Shown here piece by piece: positions 35,079 to 43,183 of a DNA stretch of 64,000 bases. Where the stretch lies: assembly GCA_963850215.1 (NCBI GenBank), contig CAWKKI010000004.1, positions 72,682-136,681 on the forward strand, written 5' to 3'. Below the pieces are notes generated by a model. That model made no database searches. It saw only the letters and a list, made by a program, of their open reading frames with translations, and had not been told where the DNA came from. Both the position numbers and the translations under genes were made by a program. Source of the stretch: an uncultured Actinomycetota bacterium (GTDB taxonomy: Bacteria; Actinomycetota; Actinomycetes; UBA12327). Numbering within the stretch: position 1 is the stretch's first letter; each line of letters starts with the position of its first letter.

Positions 35079-36080
35079 ATGACGCTGTCTGCGCAGAACC
35101 TGCGCATCGAACTCCGCCGCGCCGGCATTGCCAATGCGGCAGTCGACGCGGTGTGGCCGCAGTGGTGGAGTTCCGATGCAGAGTCGTCACTTTCGGCCAC
35201 GGCCGAGTTGACGTTCACCGTCGCTAAACGCCTTGGGCTCTCGCCCGAAAGCTTGCTCGACGGCGAGGCGAAATTCATCTGGCGCGACGAGACGAAGTAC
35301 AAGCGCCTGAGCGCGAAAGTATCTCGAGAGGAGGCGGCCCTCTCCTCGTTCGGTTGCGCACTGGCGAGAGCCGCAGTCAAGGGGACCGGGCAGCCCGAAG
35401 GTCTCGCGCTAGAGGCCCGAACGATACGAGATGCGATCCTGGGTGGCAGCTCGGTTGTGGATGCGCTATCCGTTTTGTCATTCGCGTGGGGCATCGGCAT
35501 TCCGGTCCTCCAGCTTCGCGTCTTTCCACTCAACCAAAAACGCATGCACGCCATGTCAGTTGGCGTTCGCGGGCGCGCTGTGATTCTGCTCGCGCGCGAA
35601 GAGTCTTACTTGGCACCGATGGCCTTCACGGTTGCGCACGAACTCGGCCATGTCATGCTCGGCCACCTTTCCAGTAGTGGCGCGGTTGTGGACGTCGAAG
35701 CACCGATGGATTGGACAGATCCTGGCGACGATGAAGAGGGAGCCGCAGACCGGTTCGCTCTGGAGCTTCTAACTGGGCAAGTGGCCCCTGAGGTGATAGC
35801 CAGCACAGGCGTCTTCTCTGCCACCCAACTCTCGCGGGCGGTCCGTGAACAGGGCCCTGCTCTAGGGATCGATCCAGGCATGCTCGCCTTGTGCGCCGGT
35901 TACACGACCAAGCAGTGGGACAAGGCGTTCGGAGCCTTGAAAACAATCCCGCCCGGTCAGCAGGACGTTGCCGCGTTTGTTAATGCGATCGCCAATTCGC
36001 AGTTGGCTTGGTCGGAATTATCTGTCGACGCAATTGACTACCTGCGGGCGGTTATGGGGCTGTGGGAAGATCGTGTGTGA
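35079..36080 (+). CDS. ImmA/IrrE-family metallopeptidase with an extended N-terminal region (333 aa)
   Basis: ORF track. HExxH in FTVAHELGHVMLGH and a downstream EEGAADRFALELL. I do not recognise the N-terminal ~170 aa. Confidence 0.75.
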   Translation: MTLSAQNLRIELRRAGIANAAVDAVWPQWWSSDAESSLSATAELTFTVAKRLGLSPESLLDGEAKFIWRDETKYKRLSAKVSREEAALSSFGCALARAAVKGTGQPEGLALEARTIRDAILGGSSVVDALSVLSFAWGIGIPVLQLRVFPLNQKRMHAMSVGVRGRAVILLAREESYLAPMAFTVAHELGHVMLGHLSSSGAVVDVEAPMDWTDPGDDEEGAADRFALELLTGQVAPEVIASTGVFSATQLSRAVREQGPALGIDPGMLALCAGYTTKQWDKAFGALKTIPPGQQDVAAFVNAIANSQLAWSELSVDAIDYLRAVMGLWEDRV

Positions 36081-36750
36081 AATCCTTCTCGACGTTGATG
36101 TCGTCATCAAGCTGACTGCCTATGACCTCTTGGACAAGATTGCACACCCCGGATGCGAGACACCATGCGAGCAAAGAGCCGGGGTTACAGCCGCTACCCG
36201 ATACGTTGCGACGAGTCAACTGAAGCGGCGGGCGGCCGACCCCAAGGTTGCCATTGCGCGTCTCGAAGGGTACTTGGACGTCGCGAGCATTCTCGAGCCG
36301 ACGCAGGAGGAAATTGAGTTCGCCGCCCGTCTCGAGAGTGCGGCCACCAGACAAGACCTCGAGCTTGGTACCGGGGAAAGCCAGATCTGCGCCATCGCCA
36401 TTTTCCGCGCTGTCCCGGCAATCCTGACGGGCGACAAGCGTGCAATTGCGACCGCGGAACTGCTCCTGCATTCAGTTCCCCAACTAAGTCAACTGGCAGC
36501 GCGCGTAGCGTGCCTGGAACAGGCTGTCCAACTCACTGTCGAACGCATCGGTGCGGCCACGGTCCGAAATCACGTCTTAGCCGAGCGGAACATGGACACC
36601 GCCCTTGGCGTCTGTTTTGAGGCCACGAGAGTGTCTGTGCCGGCGAACTTCGAGCCAGTTGGTTTGGCCAGTTACATAAGCAGCATGCGAGTGACGGCAC
36701 CGACTCTACTGATGTCGGGAGATTCGCTACATCTGCGGTCAGTTACGTAG
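36073..36750 (+). CDS. PIN-like domain protein candidate (225 aa)
   Basis: ORF track 35968..36750, trimmed to GTG 36073, which overlaps the ImmA stop by 8 nt. Acidic PIN-type positions: ILLDVDVVIKL (first Asp), GTGESQICAIA (Glu) and ILTGDKRAI (Asp). Assignment is by pattern only. Confidence 0.5.
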   Translation: MCEILLDVDVVIKLTAYDLLDKIAHPGCETPCEQRAGVTAATRYVATSQLKRRAADPKVAIARLEGYLDVASILEPTQEEIEFAARLESAATRQDLELGTGESQICAIAIFRAVPAILTGDKRAIATAELLLHSVPQLSQLAARVACLEQAVQLTVERIGAATVRNHVLAERNMDTALGVCFEATRVSVPANFEPVGLASYISSMRVTAPTLLMSGDSLHLRSVT

Positions 36751-37284
36751 GAAAGCCGCGTATGGCTCGATGACATTTGCGCGCAGTTCAATGTTGAGAA
36801 GTTTTGGATCACCCGCGGGTTCGTCGACAACATCGAGGCAGGCCTTGTCTACACGGCCCTGGATGTAGTCGGTCCCTACCTTGCCGCGACTGGGTCCGAT
36901 GGCCACGCGAGTCAATGAAAGGTCGACCTCGTCATCCACTTCTTCCAAGGAGTTGATCAACAGCGCAAATCGGGAGCCAACACAGTTGATTTCTGGGGGG
37001 ACAGGCATCCAATTAATCCCATCCGACGAATACTCTTCCGCACGCACCTGTTCCGCAAAGTGGTTCGAGACCATTGGGTGCATCGCCAAGACGATTGGGC
37101 CGGGCGCGGCGAGGGCGAAGGGCTGAACCATGCTTGTCGGGTTGCACGTGTTGCCCCCATAGCCCCAGAACGCGAAGCCGACGGCATCGATCTCCGCACG
37201 CTTGCGCACGATGATCTTCGACAAGTCCTCGTTCGCGTGGGTTCCGACCTTCATGAACAAGATGTGGTCACCGGCCTGGATCAC
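36739..37284 (-). CDS. unrecognised family, paralogue X2 (181 aa)
   Basis: ORF track. Its start overlaps the stop of 37281..38315 by 4 nt. It is homologous by eye to 34348..34992 (see that entry). Confidence 0.65.
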   Translation of the reverse strand: MIQAGDHILFMKVGTHANEDLSKIIVRKRAEIDAVGFAFWGYGGNTCNPTSMVQPFALAAPGPIVLAMHPMVSNHFAEQVRAEEYSSDGINWMPVPPEINCVGSRFALLINSLEEVDDEVDLSLTRVAIGPSRGKVGTDYIQGRVDKACLDVVDEPAGDPKLLNIELRANVIEPYAAFLRN

Positions 37285-38315
37285 GCCTCAGCCTCCACGT
37301 CCAGCAATGCAAACTCGTATTCCGAACTGTTGGCCTTGCCATAGTCGACACGCTTCTTCTCCAGGACATAGTGCACCTTCGGACTGGCAGACTCACCGTA
37401 GAAGTGCCGCAACTGAACTGGGTCAGTGATCCCGAGGCTCTGAGGCACATGACCCGCACCGGGGATGGAAGCGATCATGAGGTTGCAAGATTTCAGGTCG
37501 GGAGCATCGTCAAGGTGATAAGCGTGCAAGCGCGGCATCATTCGACTTATGTAGAAATGCTCGTTTAGCGCGAACTCCTGCACCCGATGGAGCACGGTTC
37601 TGGGCCAATCCAAATCGGGGTCGTCCGCGATCACCACCGCCCCTTCCCCCGAATAGTGAAGGGCCTCCATCCCGCGCCGCATGAAGACCTTGACGCTCTC
37701 CCCCTCGTTACTGGCTCCCCAGGGCGGATTCGTGTAGAAGCAGTCGAACGGCTCAGCCGCGGGGAACGCATCGAGACAGTTGTAGAGCACCGCATCCAAC
37801 GTTGAGAGGCCCTCGCGGTCAGCGAACCGCTTTACCGCCATCACAATCCGCTCATCGAAGTCGTAGACGGTGATCTGGGCCGGAGCGGTTCGAAGGATTC
37901 GTTTCGCAGACAAGTAGGCGGTGCAGACGCTGATTGCATCACCGTCTCCAATGAACGCAAGTCGCTTGCCGTCTGCCCACCGCGAGACGAACTCACTCTG
38001 CATCACCATGTCACCGGTCTTCATATAGATCTGGTCGAACTCGCGGAGCGGCCTCGGGCGGTTTTGCACCACGTCCGAGACCGCGTTGATCGCGGCCTTC
38101 AGATCAATCTCTTCTGGCATGACCTGCCTGCCTAACTGGAGAATTGGCATACGATGGATGCTGTCCTGAAGATCCTGACTTGCACACGTCGTCCACCAGC
38201 GGTCAACGCGATTCGGCACGTGCGAAAGTAGTGGATCCTTGCGCGCAAGGTGGGCGATCTTCGCGTGACTGCCCAGATACAACGCCGAACCGCGTGTAAT
38301 GCGCGGGTCAACCAC
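37281..38315 (-). CDS. DUF43/BpsA-like class I SAM-dependent transferase with an NPPW motif
   Basis: ORF track, 344 aa (internal alternative start at 38120). Motif I-like KRLAFIGDGDAISV, acidic beta-2 end ITVYDFDERIV, and motif IV FDCFYTNPPWG. The upstream REFDQIYMKTGDMVMQSEFV resembles the DQ..T.eT segment of DUF43 proteins as I recall them. Confidence 0.65.
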   Translation of the reverse strand: MVDPRITRGSALYLGSHAKIAHLARKDPLLSHVPNRVDRWWTTCASQDLQDSIHRMPILQLGRQVMPEEIDLKAAINAVSDVVQNRPRPLREFDQIYMKTGDMVMQSEFVSRWADGKRLAFIGDGDAISVCTAYLSAKRILRTAPAQITVYDFDERIVMAVKRFADREGLSTLDAVLYNCLDAFPAAEPFDCFYTNPPWGASNEGESVKVFMRRGMEALHYSGEGAVVIADDPDLDWPRTVLHRVQEFALNEHFYISRMMPRLHAYHLDDAPDLKSCNLMIASIPGAGHVPQSLGITDPVQLRHFYGESASPKVHYVLEKKRVDYGKANSSEYEFALLDVEAEA

Positions 38316-38624
38316 CCGTGGATCGAGCCGTAGCGGGCCCCGAAATTTGTTCTCACTTCAGTTGCGCTTAGTACCGGCGCGGCAAGGAACTTCGGGGCGC
38401 GTCTACCAGACGTTGACCGAGGTTGCCGCGCCGGTCGATCAGCGGGCCGTGACTGCGGTTCCGCGCGGAGCGGTCCGGCTCGCCCGGCGCCGCCGAAGGT
38501 ATCGCCTCGATGACCACGTCACTAACCCACCAGCCCTCGTTTCAATAGTCGCCTCTCACGAACCGCTTCGTGACCCGCGGGCAGAGCCCTCCCATTCTCT
38601 TCGCGAGCAGACGAAGGCTCGTCC

Positions 38625-38828
38625 TTACTGCCTCGACGAAAGCTGCCCCAAAACTGCGATTAGCTGGTTCGCCGTGGCGTCGCCCTTGGCATGCGCGTAA
38701 AGAAGCAACCACGTGATCCCGGGGTGACCAGGCAATAGTGCGGCAACCAGGATGCCCCAAGCAATCCACCGCAAGAGCCAAGGCGGTGCAAAGCCCACCG
38801 CGACGTCAACGTCGCTAGTCCAATTCAC
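38625..38828 (-). CDS. small hydrophobic ORF (67 aa), doubtful
   Basis: ORF track. It lies 54 nt downstream of the DUF6527-like gene and has two hydrophobic stretches (PPWLLRWIAWGILVAALL, ITWLLLYA). There is no other support. Confidence 0.25.
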   Translation of the reverse strand: MNWTSDVDVAVGFAPPWLLRWIAWGILVAALLPGHPGITWLLLYAHAKGDATANQLIAVLGQLSSRQ

Positions 38829-38882
38829 GTCGACTTCCTCCAGTCGTTAGGAGTGAGGCGGTCATGGCAGGCTCTGAATGCA

Positions 38883-39272
38883 CTACCTGCCGATGAAACG
38901 CAGGAGGCGAGAGGACCAACTGGCCCCATCGGAATCTTGTTGCTGTCGAAGAGCGTTCCGGTCGATTGCATACCCGCGCGCCACTTGTCGGCGGTCTAGC
39001 GGTCGACGCCAGTCGACTCGACCCCGGCTGATGAAGTAGTGCGAATTGCAGCGAAGTCCGCTTGCCGCGACGCTCGGTGACAGCGAGACCTCCCCATCGA
39101 AGGAAACCGTGTACCGCGCCGGTGAAAGTTTGGTGACGACGACGCCCGCGCAACCGCACGGACACAGGTGTCCAGCAGTCGAGTACTTCAGGGAGACGTA
39201 GAGAGTTCCGGAGTCGAGCGGAGATGGGAACGACTCGACCACCTGAATGTCGTATCGATCGATGCGACTCAC
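38883..39272 (-). CDS. DUF6527-like Cys/His zinc-ribbon protein
   Basis: ORF track 38883..39368, trimmed to GTG 39272, which overlaps (GTGA) the stop of the restored E1-like reading frame. LYVSLKYSTAGHLCPCGCAGVVVTKLSP..SLSPSVAASGLRCNSHYFISRGRVDW matches my recollection of DUF6527 (CxCGC ... PS.......C.SHY.I..G.V.W). Confidence 0.6.
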   Translation of the reverse strand: MSRIDRYDIQVVESFPSPLDSGTLYVSLKYSTAGHLCPCGCAGVVVTKLSPARYTVSFDGEVSLSPSVAASGLRCNSHYFISRGRVDWRRPLDRRQVARGYAIDRNALRQQQDSDGASWSSRLLRFIGR

Positions 39273-39845
39273 TTGACGTCCCCATTGCGCATCTCGTTGA
39301 GATAGAGCTTGTACACCGTCTCGCTCAGTTCTTCGTGGGACGCGTAGAGCTCGACGTACTTCTTCCACCGAATGACCGCGAGGAGTGCGTTCAAGGCATT
39401 GGGGTCTGCGATCTGGATGTTGCTGCCGTAGTCATCCTTCCCGAGTGGAATAGCCCGGCCCGGTGGGCATCGCGATGTCGAATTCGGGGAAGTAGCAGGT
39501 GACCTTTACGAGGCCCGTGAGGGCTCCTTCAGCCTCGCTGATTCCCATCCCGACGTCGATGAAGGGCACGTCCCGGGCTCGCAGCCATTCCATGATTGCC
39601 GGTCGCTCGACCGCTTCGGCCGCCGCGAGGAAGACAAACGTGGCGCTCTCGATCACATGCAGGTTGCTGACCGTGAGATGTTCGGGGTGAGCGGTGATCT
39701 GAGTGTGCATCCGCGAGTATTCGGTAGCGAAATGCTCCGCCTTGTTCGGCCGAGCCTGCAGAACCAGCACGGACGCGGCGCCGTCGTAGCCGTCACCGAG
39801 AAGCCGAGCGACCGGGTCGCTAGGAGCGGATGGCAGGTTCAACAT
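39269..39845 (-). pseudogene. ThiF/E1-like protein, N-terminally short and frameshifted near 39440
   Basis: Frame 1 (39845..39432): MLNLPSAPSDPVARLLGDGYDGAASVLVLQARPNKAEHFATEYSRMH..ATFVFLAAAEAVERPAIMEWLRARDVPFIDVGMGI..LTGLVKVT. It continues in the +1 frame as KDDYGSNIQIADPNALNALLAVIRWKKYVELY..NEMRNGDVK* and ends at 39269. It retains GDGYDG (GxGxxG) but lacks the helix and second strand with the acidic residue of a normal Rossmann ATP site. Confidence 0.55.
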
Positions 39846-40080
39846 CGAAGACCATGCCGTCCTTGACCTTGACGCTCTCGCCTGGGCGCATTGACTTGTC
39901 TGCGCCGTGGCCGCGGCTGTACTCCACGGTCGTGCCAGCTGGGTCGTAGGGCTGTCCTGGCGAAGCCAACTCGACCACTTGCTCGAACGTGATGGCCTTC
40001 TCATTCCACTGGTGCGAAATGGTGTTGACGATGATGGTTGCGGTAGTGACCCGCGCATCGATCGCTTCAAGGTCGGTCAT
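39820..40080 (-). CDS. small beta-grasp ubiquitin-like protein, copy B (86 aa)
   Basis: This is the C-terminal part of ORF 39820..40584, from ATG 40080, which has GGAGAG 7 nt upstream. TTATIIVNTISHQWNEKAITFEQVVELA..MRPGESVKVKDGMVFDVEPAIRS has the same pattern as 8204..8461. Confidence 0.6.
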   Translation of the reverse strand: MTDLEAIDARVTTATIIVNTISHQWNEKAITFEQVVELASPGQPYDPAGTTVEYSRGHGADKSMRPGESVKVKDGMVFDVEPAIRS

Positions 40081-40225
40081 GAGGTTCTCTCCATCTCTGG
40101 GGCTCGAGGGATCGTGCATGTCGCTTTCGACCCGCTGACTCAAGTTTAGAACACTTGTGCGTCGAGTTTCAACCAATGCACCGAAAGTGCGACACTGGAG
40201 TGAGTCGATGCTCTTGGGGGGGCCC

Positions 40226-40603
40226 ATGACCAAGACGAAGATCGATGTGGAAGGTCTGTACGCAGCACTCGACGCCCAACGGGATGCCCAGGGCTTGTCC
40301 TGGCGCCAACTCGCGCGCGAGGTCGGAGTCAGCCCGTCGCTGTTGTCGCGTTTGGGTAACCAGTTACGCCCGGACGCCGACGGGTTCGCCACCTTGGTCC
40401 GCTGGCTGAACATGCCTGCTGAAAAGTTCATGGTCGATAGCGCTGGGGCGTCACGAGCCCGGCCCGAACCTGATCTAGTAACCCAACTCGCACCGCTGCT
40501 GAGGGCGCGCCGGGATCTGGACAAGGGCGACGTCGCGTACCTGGAGGAAGTGATCCGTGCCACCGTCCGACATGCGAAGCACACACGTGAGGAACCCGAG
40601 TGA
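40226..40603 (+). CDS. XRE-type HTH regulator (CapH-like), copy B
   Basis: ORF track 40157..40603, trimmed to ATG 40226. The HTH is SWRQLAREVGVSPSLLSRLGNQLRPDADGF. It is a paralogue of 8560..8913 and is divergent from Ubl copy B across 145 nt. Confidence 0.75.
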   Translation: MTKTKIDVEGLYAALDAQRDAQGLSWRQLAREVGVSPSLLSRLGNQLRPDADGFATLVRWLNMPAEKFMVDSAGASRARPEPDLVTQLAPLLRARRDLDKGDVAYLEEVIRATVRHAKHTREEPE

Positions 40604-40679
40604 GCCGTGCGGGCAACTTCAACAAGTCAGCCTGTCGGCGAGTTGCCGTTGAATTGCGCGAGAAATTGGTCTGCAGGCT

Positions 40680-41531
40680 ATGGATGCCTTCGACCCATGG
40701 GGTCTGGCTGCGCTATATGGGATCGACGTCGTCTCGCTGAGCGAACTACCGATCGACGACGAAGTAGTCAGCTACTTCACGATTGATCGCCCTGAGGTGT
40801 TTTCCGGTGCATTGATCCCCATCGGCCACGGCGCGGTCATCGTAGAGAACGACTCCCATCCGCTAGTACGCCGTCGCTCCACGATGGGTCACGAACTCGC
40901 CCACGTGGTTGCTGAGCATCAATTCGATGCACGGCTGACGAACGACCGAGGGTGTCGCCTCGCGAACCAAACACAGGAGGACGAGGCGGCTGAGATTGCG
41001 GGTGAACTCCTCGTCCCGTTCGACGCTGCCCGAAGCCTCGCTCGGAGCAAGGCCACGAACGAGGAGGTCGCGCTCCAGTTCGGCGTCAGCGTCGGGCTAG
41101 CCCGCTGGAGGATGGAGGCCACTGGGGCTCGCATCATCGCTCGACGCGAAGGCGCCGCCCACCAGCGGGCAATTCGCTCGTGGGCCGTTCGTTGGAGCCA
41201 CCCCTGCAGTCAGCGCAGTGCGCGATCTACGCAAGGCCCCTCGCGAGCGCGCTGCGGTGCCGGGATTTGCGTGCGCGCTCACCGGAAGTTGCACGTTCCC
41301 AGGGCGGGTGTCGTGACGCGGCAATCGAAACTGACGCGCGCAGTGACTGGCTGGGCGGAGCCGCATTCGTGTGGCTATTGTCGGCGAACTCATCACCCAA
41401 GCAAGGCCTCAACTTGGCTGTCGAATTGCGGAGGTACACGTGCGCTTGCTCATCAGTCGAACTCAGCAGGATGTGAAGGGGATGCTAGGAGGTCACAAGG
41501 GCGTGCAGTTCACGTTGTCGCATCGACTTGA
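40680..41531 (+). CDS. ImmA/IrrE-family metallopeptidase (CapP-like), copy B, with a suspect C-terminal tail
   Basis: ORF track, 283 aa. HExxH in STMGHELAHVVAEH, and EDEAAEIAGELLVP. Homology to copy A ends near aa 160 (~41160). The remaining Arg/Ala-rich tail looks like read-through or out-of-frame sequence. Confidence 0.65.
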   Translation: MDAFDPWGLAALYGIDVVSLSELPIDDEVVSYFTIDRPEVFSGALIPIGHGAVIVENDSHPLVRRRSTMGHELAHVVAEHQFDARLTNDRGCRLANQTQEDEAAEIAGELLVPFDAARSLARSKATNEEVALQFGVSVGLARWRMEATGARIIARREGAAHQRAIRSWAVRWSHPCSQRSARSTQGPSRARCGAGICVRAHRKLHVPRAGVVTRQSKLTRAVTGWAEPHSCGYCRRTHHPSKASTWLSNCGGTRALAHQSNSAGCEGDARRSQGRAVHVVAST

Positions 41532-41796
41532 ACTGACGGCCGACGAAATAGAGTTGGTGCAGCGCTACAAGCTTGGCGACTACGCCTTGACCTGGTCGAC
41601 CGTTCAGGGCACTCAGATCCCGAATGACACCATCGCGAACACGGCAGCTGGTCGAAGTCAGACAGTTACCGATGTGACGACCCTCCCGAGCAACGAGGAG
41701 ATTGTTAAGAAGGCGTGCGACGAACTTCCCGTTCTGTTCGAGGTGTGCCAATCGTTTGGCGGGACCGAAGTGATCGACTATCCACGCGCGTCGTAA
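41482..41796 (+). CDS. hypothetical protein (104 aa)
   Basis: ORF track 41371..41796, trimmed to ATG 41482, which has GAAGGGG upstream. MLGGHKGVQFTLSHRLELTADEIELVQRYKLGDYAL.. has balanced composition. I recognise no family. Confidence 0.35.
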   Translation: MLGGHKGVQFTLSHRLELTADEIELVQRYKLGDYALTWSTVQGTQIPNDTIANTAAGRSQTVTDVTTLPSNEEIVKKACDELPVLFEVCQSFGGTEVIDYPRAS

Positions 41797-41851
41797 GGGT
41801 CCACGCTTGCGGGCGACGGTCACCGGCACCGAGGGTGCAGCCCGCACGCGA

Positions 41852-43114
41852 TTATCGGGTCGTCTCACTGGGCTCGGCGAGTGATGCGAGTTGCACGGCG
41901 ACCTGGTGCCGTCGATGCGGGCCGAGCGGCCACATCCCGGTTTGCAGGCTTCGCCTAAATTGCTCTGCCGCCAGCAGGTTCTGGCGATCCTCTTTGAGAC
42001 ATAGACCGCGCCAATAGTGCAGCCAAGAGGACTGGGGTATGCCCCGCTCGGCCTTTTCGAACTCGCGCAGTGCGGTGTCGATGTGTCCCGTCATGCCGAG
42101 GGTGTAAGCGCGGGCCGAGCAGGCGATCGCTTTTGAGTGGGCGGACCGCGGAATGCGTAGGGCCTCGTCTAGGTCAACGAGCGCGTCCTCGTGACGTCCC
42201 CACTCAGCGAGTACCTGCCCGCGAACATGCAGCACGCGCGACATGTCGTAGCCACTATGGAGTGCTTGGTTGATCGCCGCGTATGCGGTCGGGAAGTCCC
42301 CGGCGTACCAAGCAATGACGGCGTAACGGCGCCAGAGCCATCGACCTTCAATGAACACGGCAAGTGCGCGGCTGGTGATGGCTCGTGCCCGTTCGTGGTG
42401 TTCCAGCTCGGTGAGCCGTTTGGCGTAGCGATCGATCGCCATCGCCAACTTCTCGCCAGCGCCCACGGGCTCACTGAGAGCGAGCGCAGTTTCGAACGCA
42501 GCGTCCGCGGCGTCGAAGTCGTTTGCTGCAGCATGCAGGTTGCCAAGCTCTCGCCAGGCATCGATGGCGACTGGCTCATCAGCGTGCGTCTCGGTAGCTT
42601 GTCGCAGTGTGCTGATGGCCGGCGCGGTCTGGTGCTGACTGACGTAGCGCGCTGCGAGTTGCAAGAAGTCTGCTGGTGGGTTGGGCCGGTGGCTGACCGA
42701 CTTGCCCCCGGCCAGACGCCATGCAAGTTCGGGAATGAGGGTGGCCCGGTAGTAGCCGGTTGCTGATTCGGGGTCCAGGTAGTGCGGGCTGCGCTCACCG
42801 ATGTCGTTGATGAGTACTTCGGTGATGCGTCCTTCGAAGGACTTGATGGGCAAGCCGTCCAAGTTGAGCCCGGCACGCAGGAGCCGCCGGTCACGCAGGT
42901 TGGCAAACGAGTTGACCTGCCTCTTGATGGCGTCTTCGACCGCTCTGGCGTCCTCAGCATCACTTGTCTTTGTACCGCCGCCCCGCGCGAGTTGCAGCAG
43001 CTCGGGGTTAAGCGCTATCGCAGTGCGTGACATGCCTTCGCGGCGCGAAAGGGCCATGAGCGCATTCGCGATAGCTGCGATGTTGGCGGGCAGGTTTGTG
43101 TTAGCGCGAGCCAT
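41852..43114 (-). CDS. TPR-repeat protein (420 aa)
   Basis: ORF track 41852..43141, trimmed to ATG 43114. The C-terminal two thirds carry repeated A..A...Y..AL helical-pair motifs (AWRELGNLHAAANDFDAADAAFETAL, WYAGDFPTAYAAINQAL, GRHEDALVDLDEAL, GHIDTALREFEKA). Confidence 0.7.
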   Translation of the reverse strand: MARANTNLPANIAAIANALMALSRREGMSRTAIALNPELLQLARGGGTKTSDAEDARAVEDAIKRQVNSFANLRDRRLLRAGLNLDGLPIKSFEGRITEVLINDIGERSPHYLDPESATGYYRATLIPELAWRLAGGKSVSHRPNPPADFLQLAARYVSQHQTAPAISTLRQATETHADEPVAIDAWRELGNLHAAANDFDAADAAFETALALSEPVGAGEKLAMAIDRYAKRLTELEHHERARAITSRALAVFIEGRWLWRRYAVIAWYAGDFPTAYAAINQALHSGYDMSRVLHVRGQVLAEWGRHEDALVDLDEALRIPRSAHSKAIACSARAYTLGMTGHIDTALREFEKAERGIPQSSWLHYWRGLCLKEDRQNLLAAEQFRRSLQTGMWPLGPHRRHQVAVQLASLAEPSETTR

Positions 43115-43153
43115 GGCTGATCTTTGCAGGCCGCCACACATGTAGGGGGTCGT

Positions 43154-43183
43154 GTTCGTACCGCTTCGACCCCGGTTCGTACC
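43154..43183 (+). repeat. 9-nt direct repeat GTTCGTACC x2, 21 nt apart
   Basis: 43154..43162 and 43175..43183, in the divergent intergenic region between the TPR gene and the transfer module. Confidence 0.5.

Noticed and set aside
39846-40584. Long N-terminal extensions of ORFs 39432..40070 and 39820..40584
   Set aside because: The extensions are low-complexity Ser/Arg/Ala sequence overlapping better-supported genes (Ubl copy B and HTH copy B). Internal starts with SD-like motifs give compact proteins that match their paralogues.
41161-41531. C-terminal ~120 aa of the ImmA copy B ORF as a real domain
   Set aside because: Homology to copy A ends near aa 160. The tail is Arg/Ala/Ser-rich with no pattern, and none of the three frames looks coding here, so it is treated as read-through or degraded sequence.
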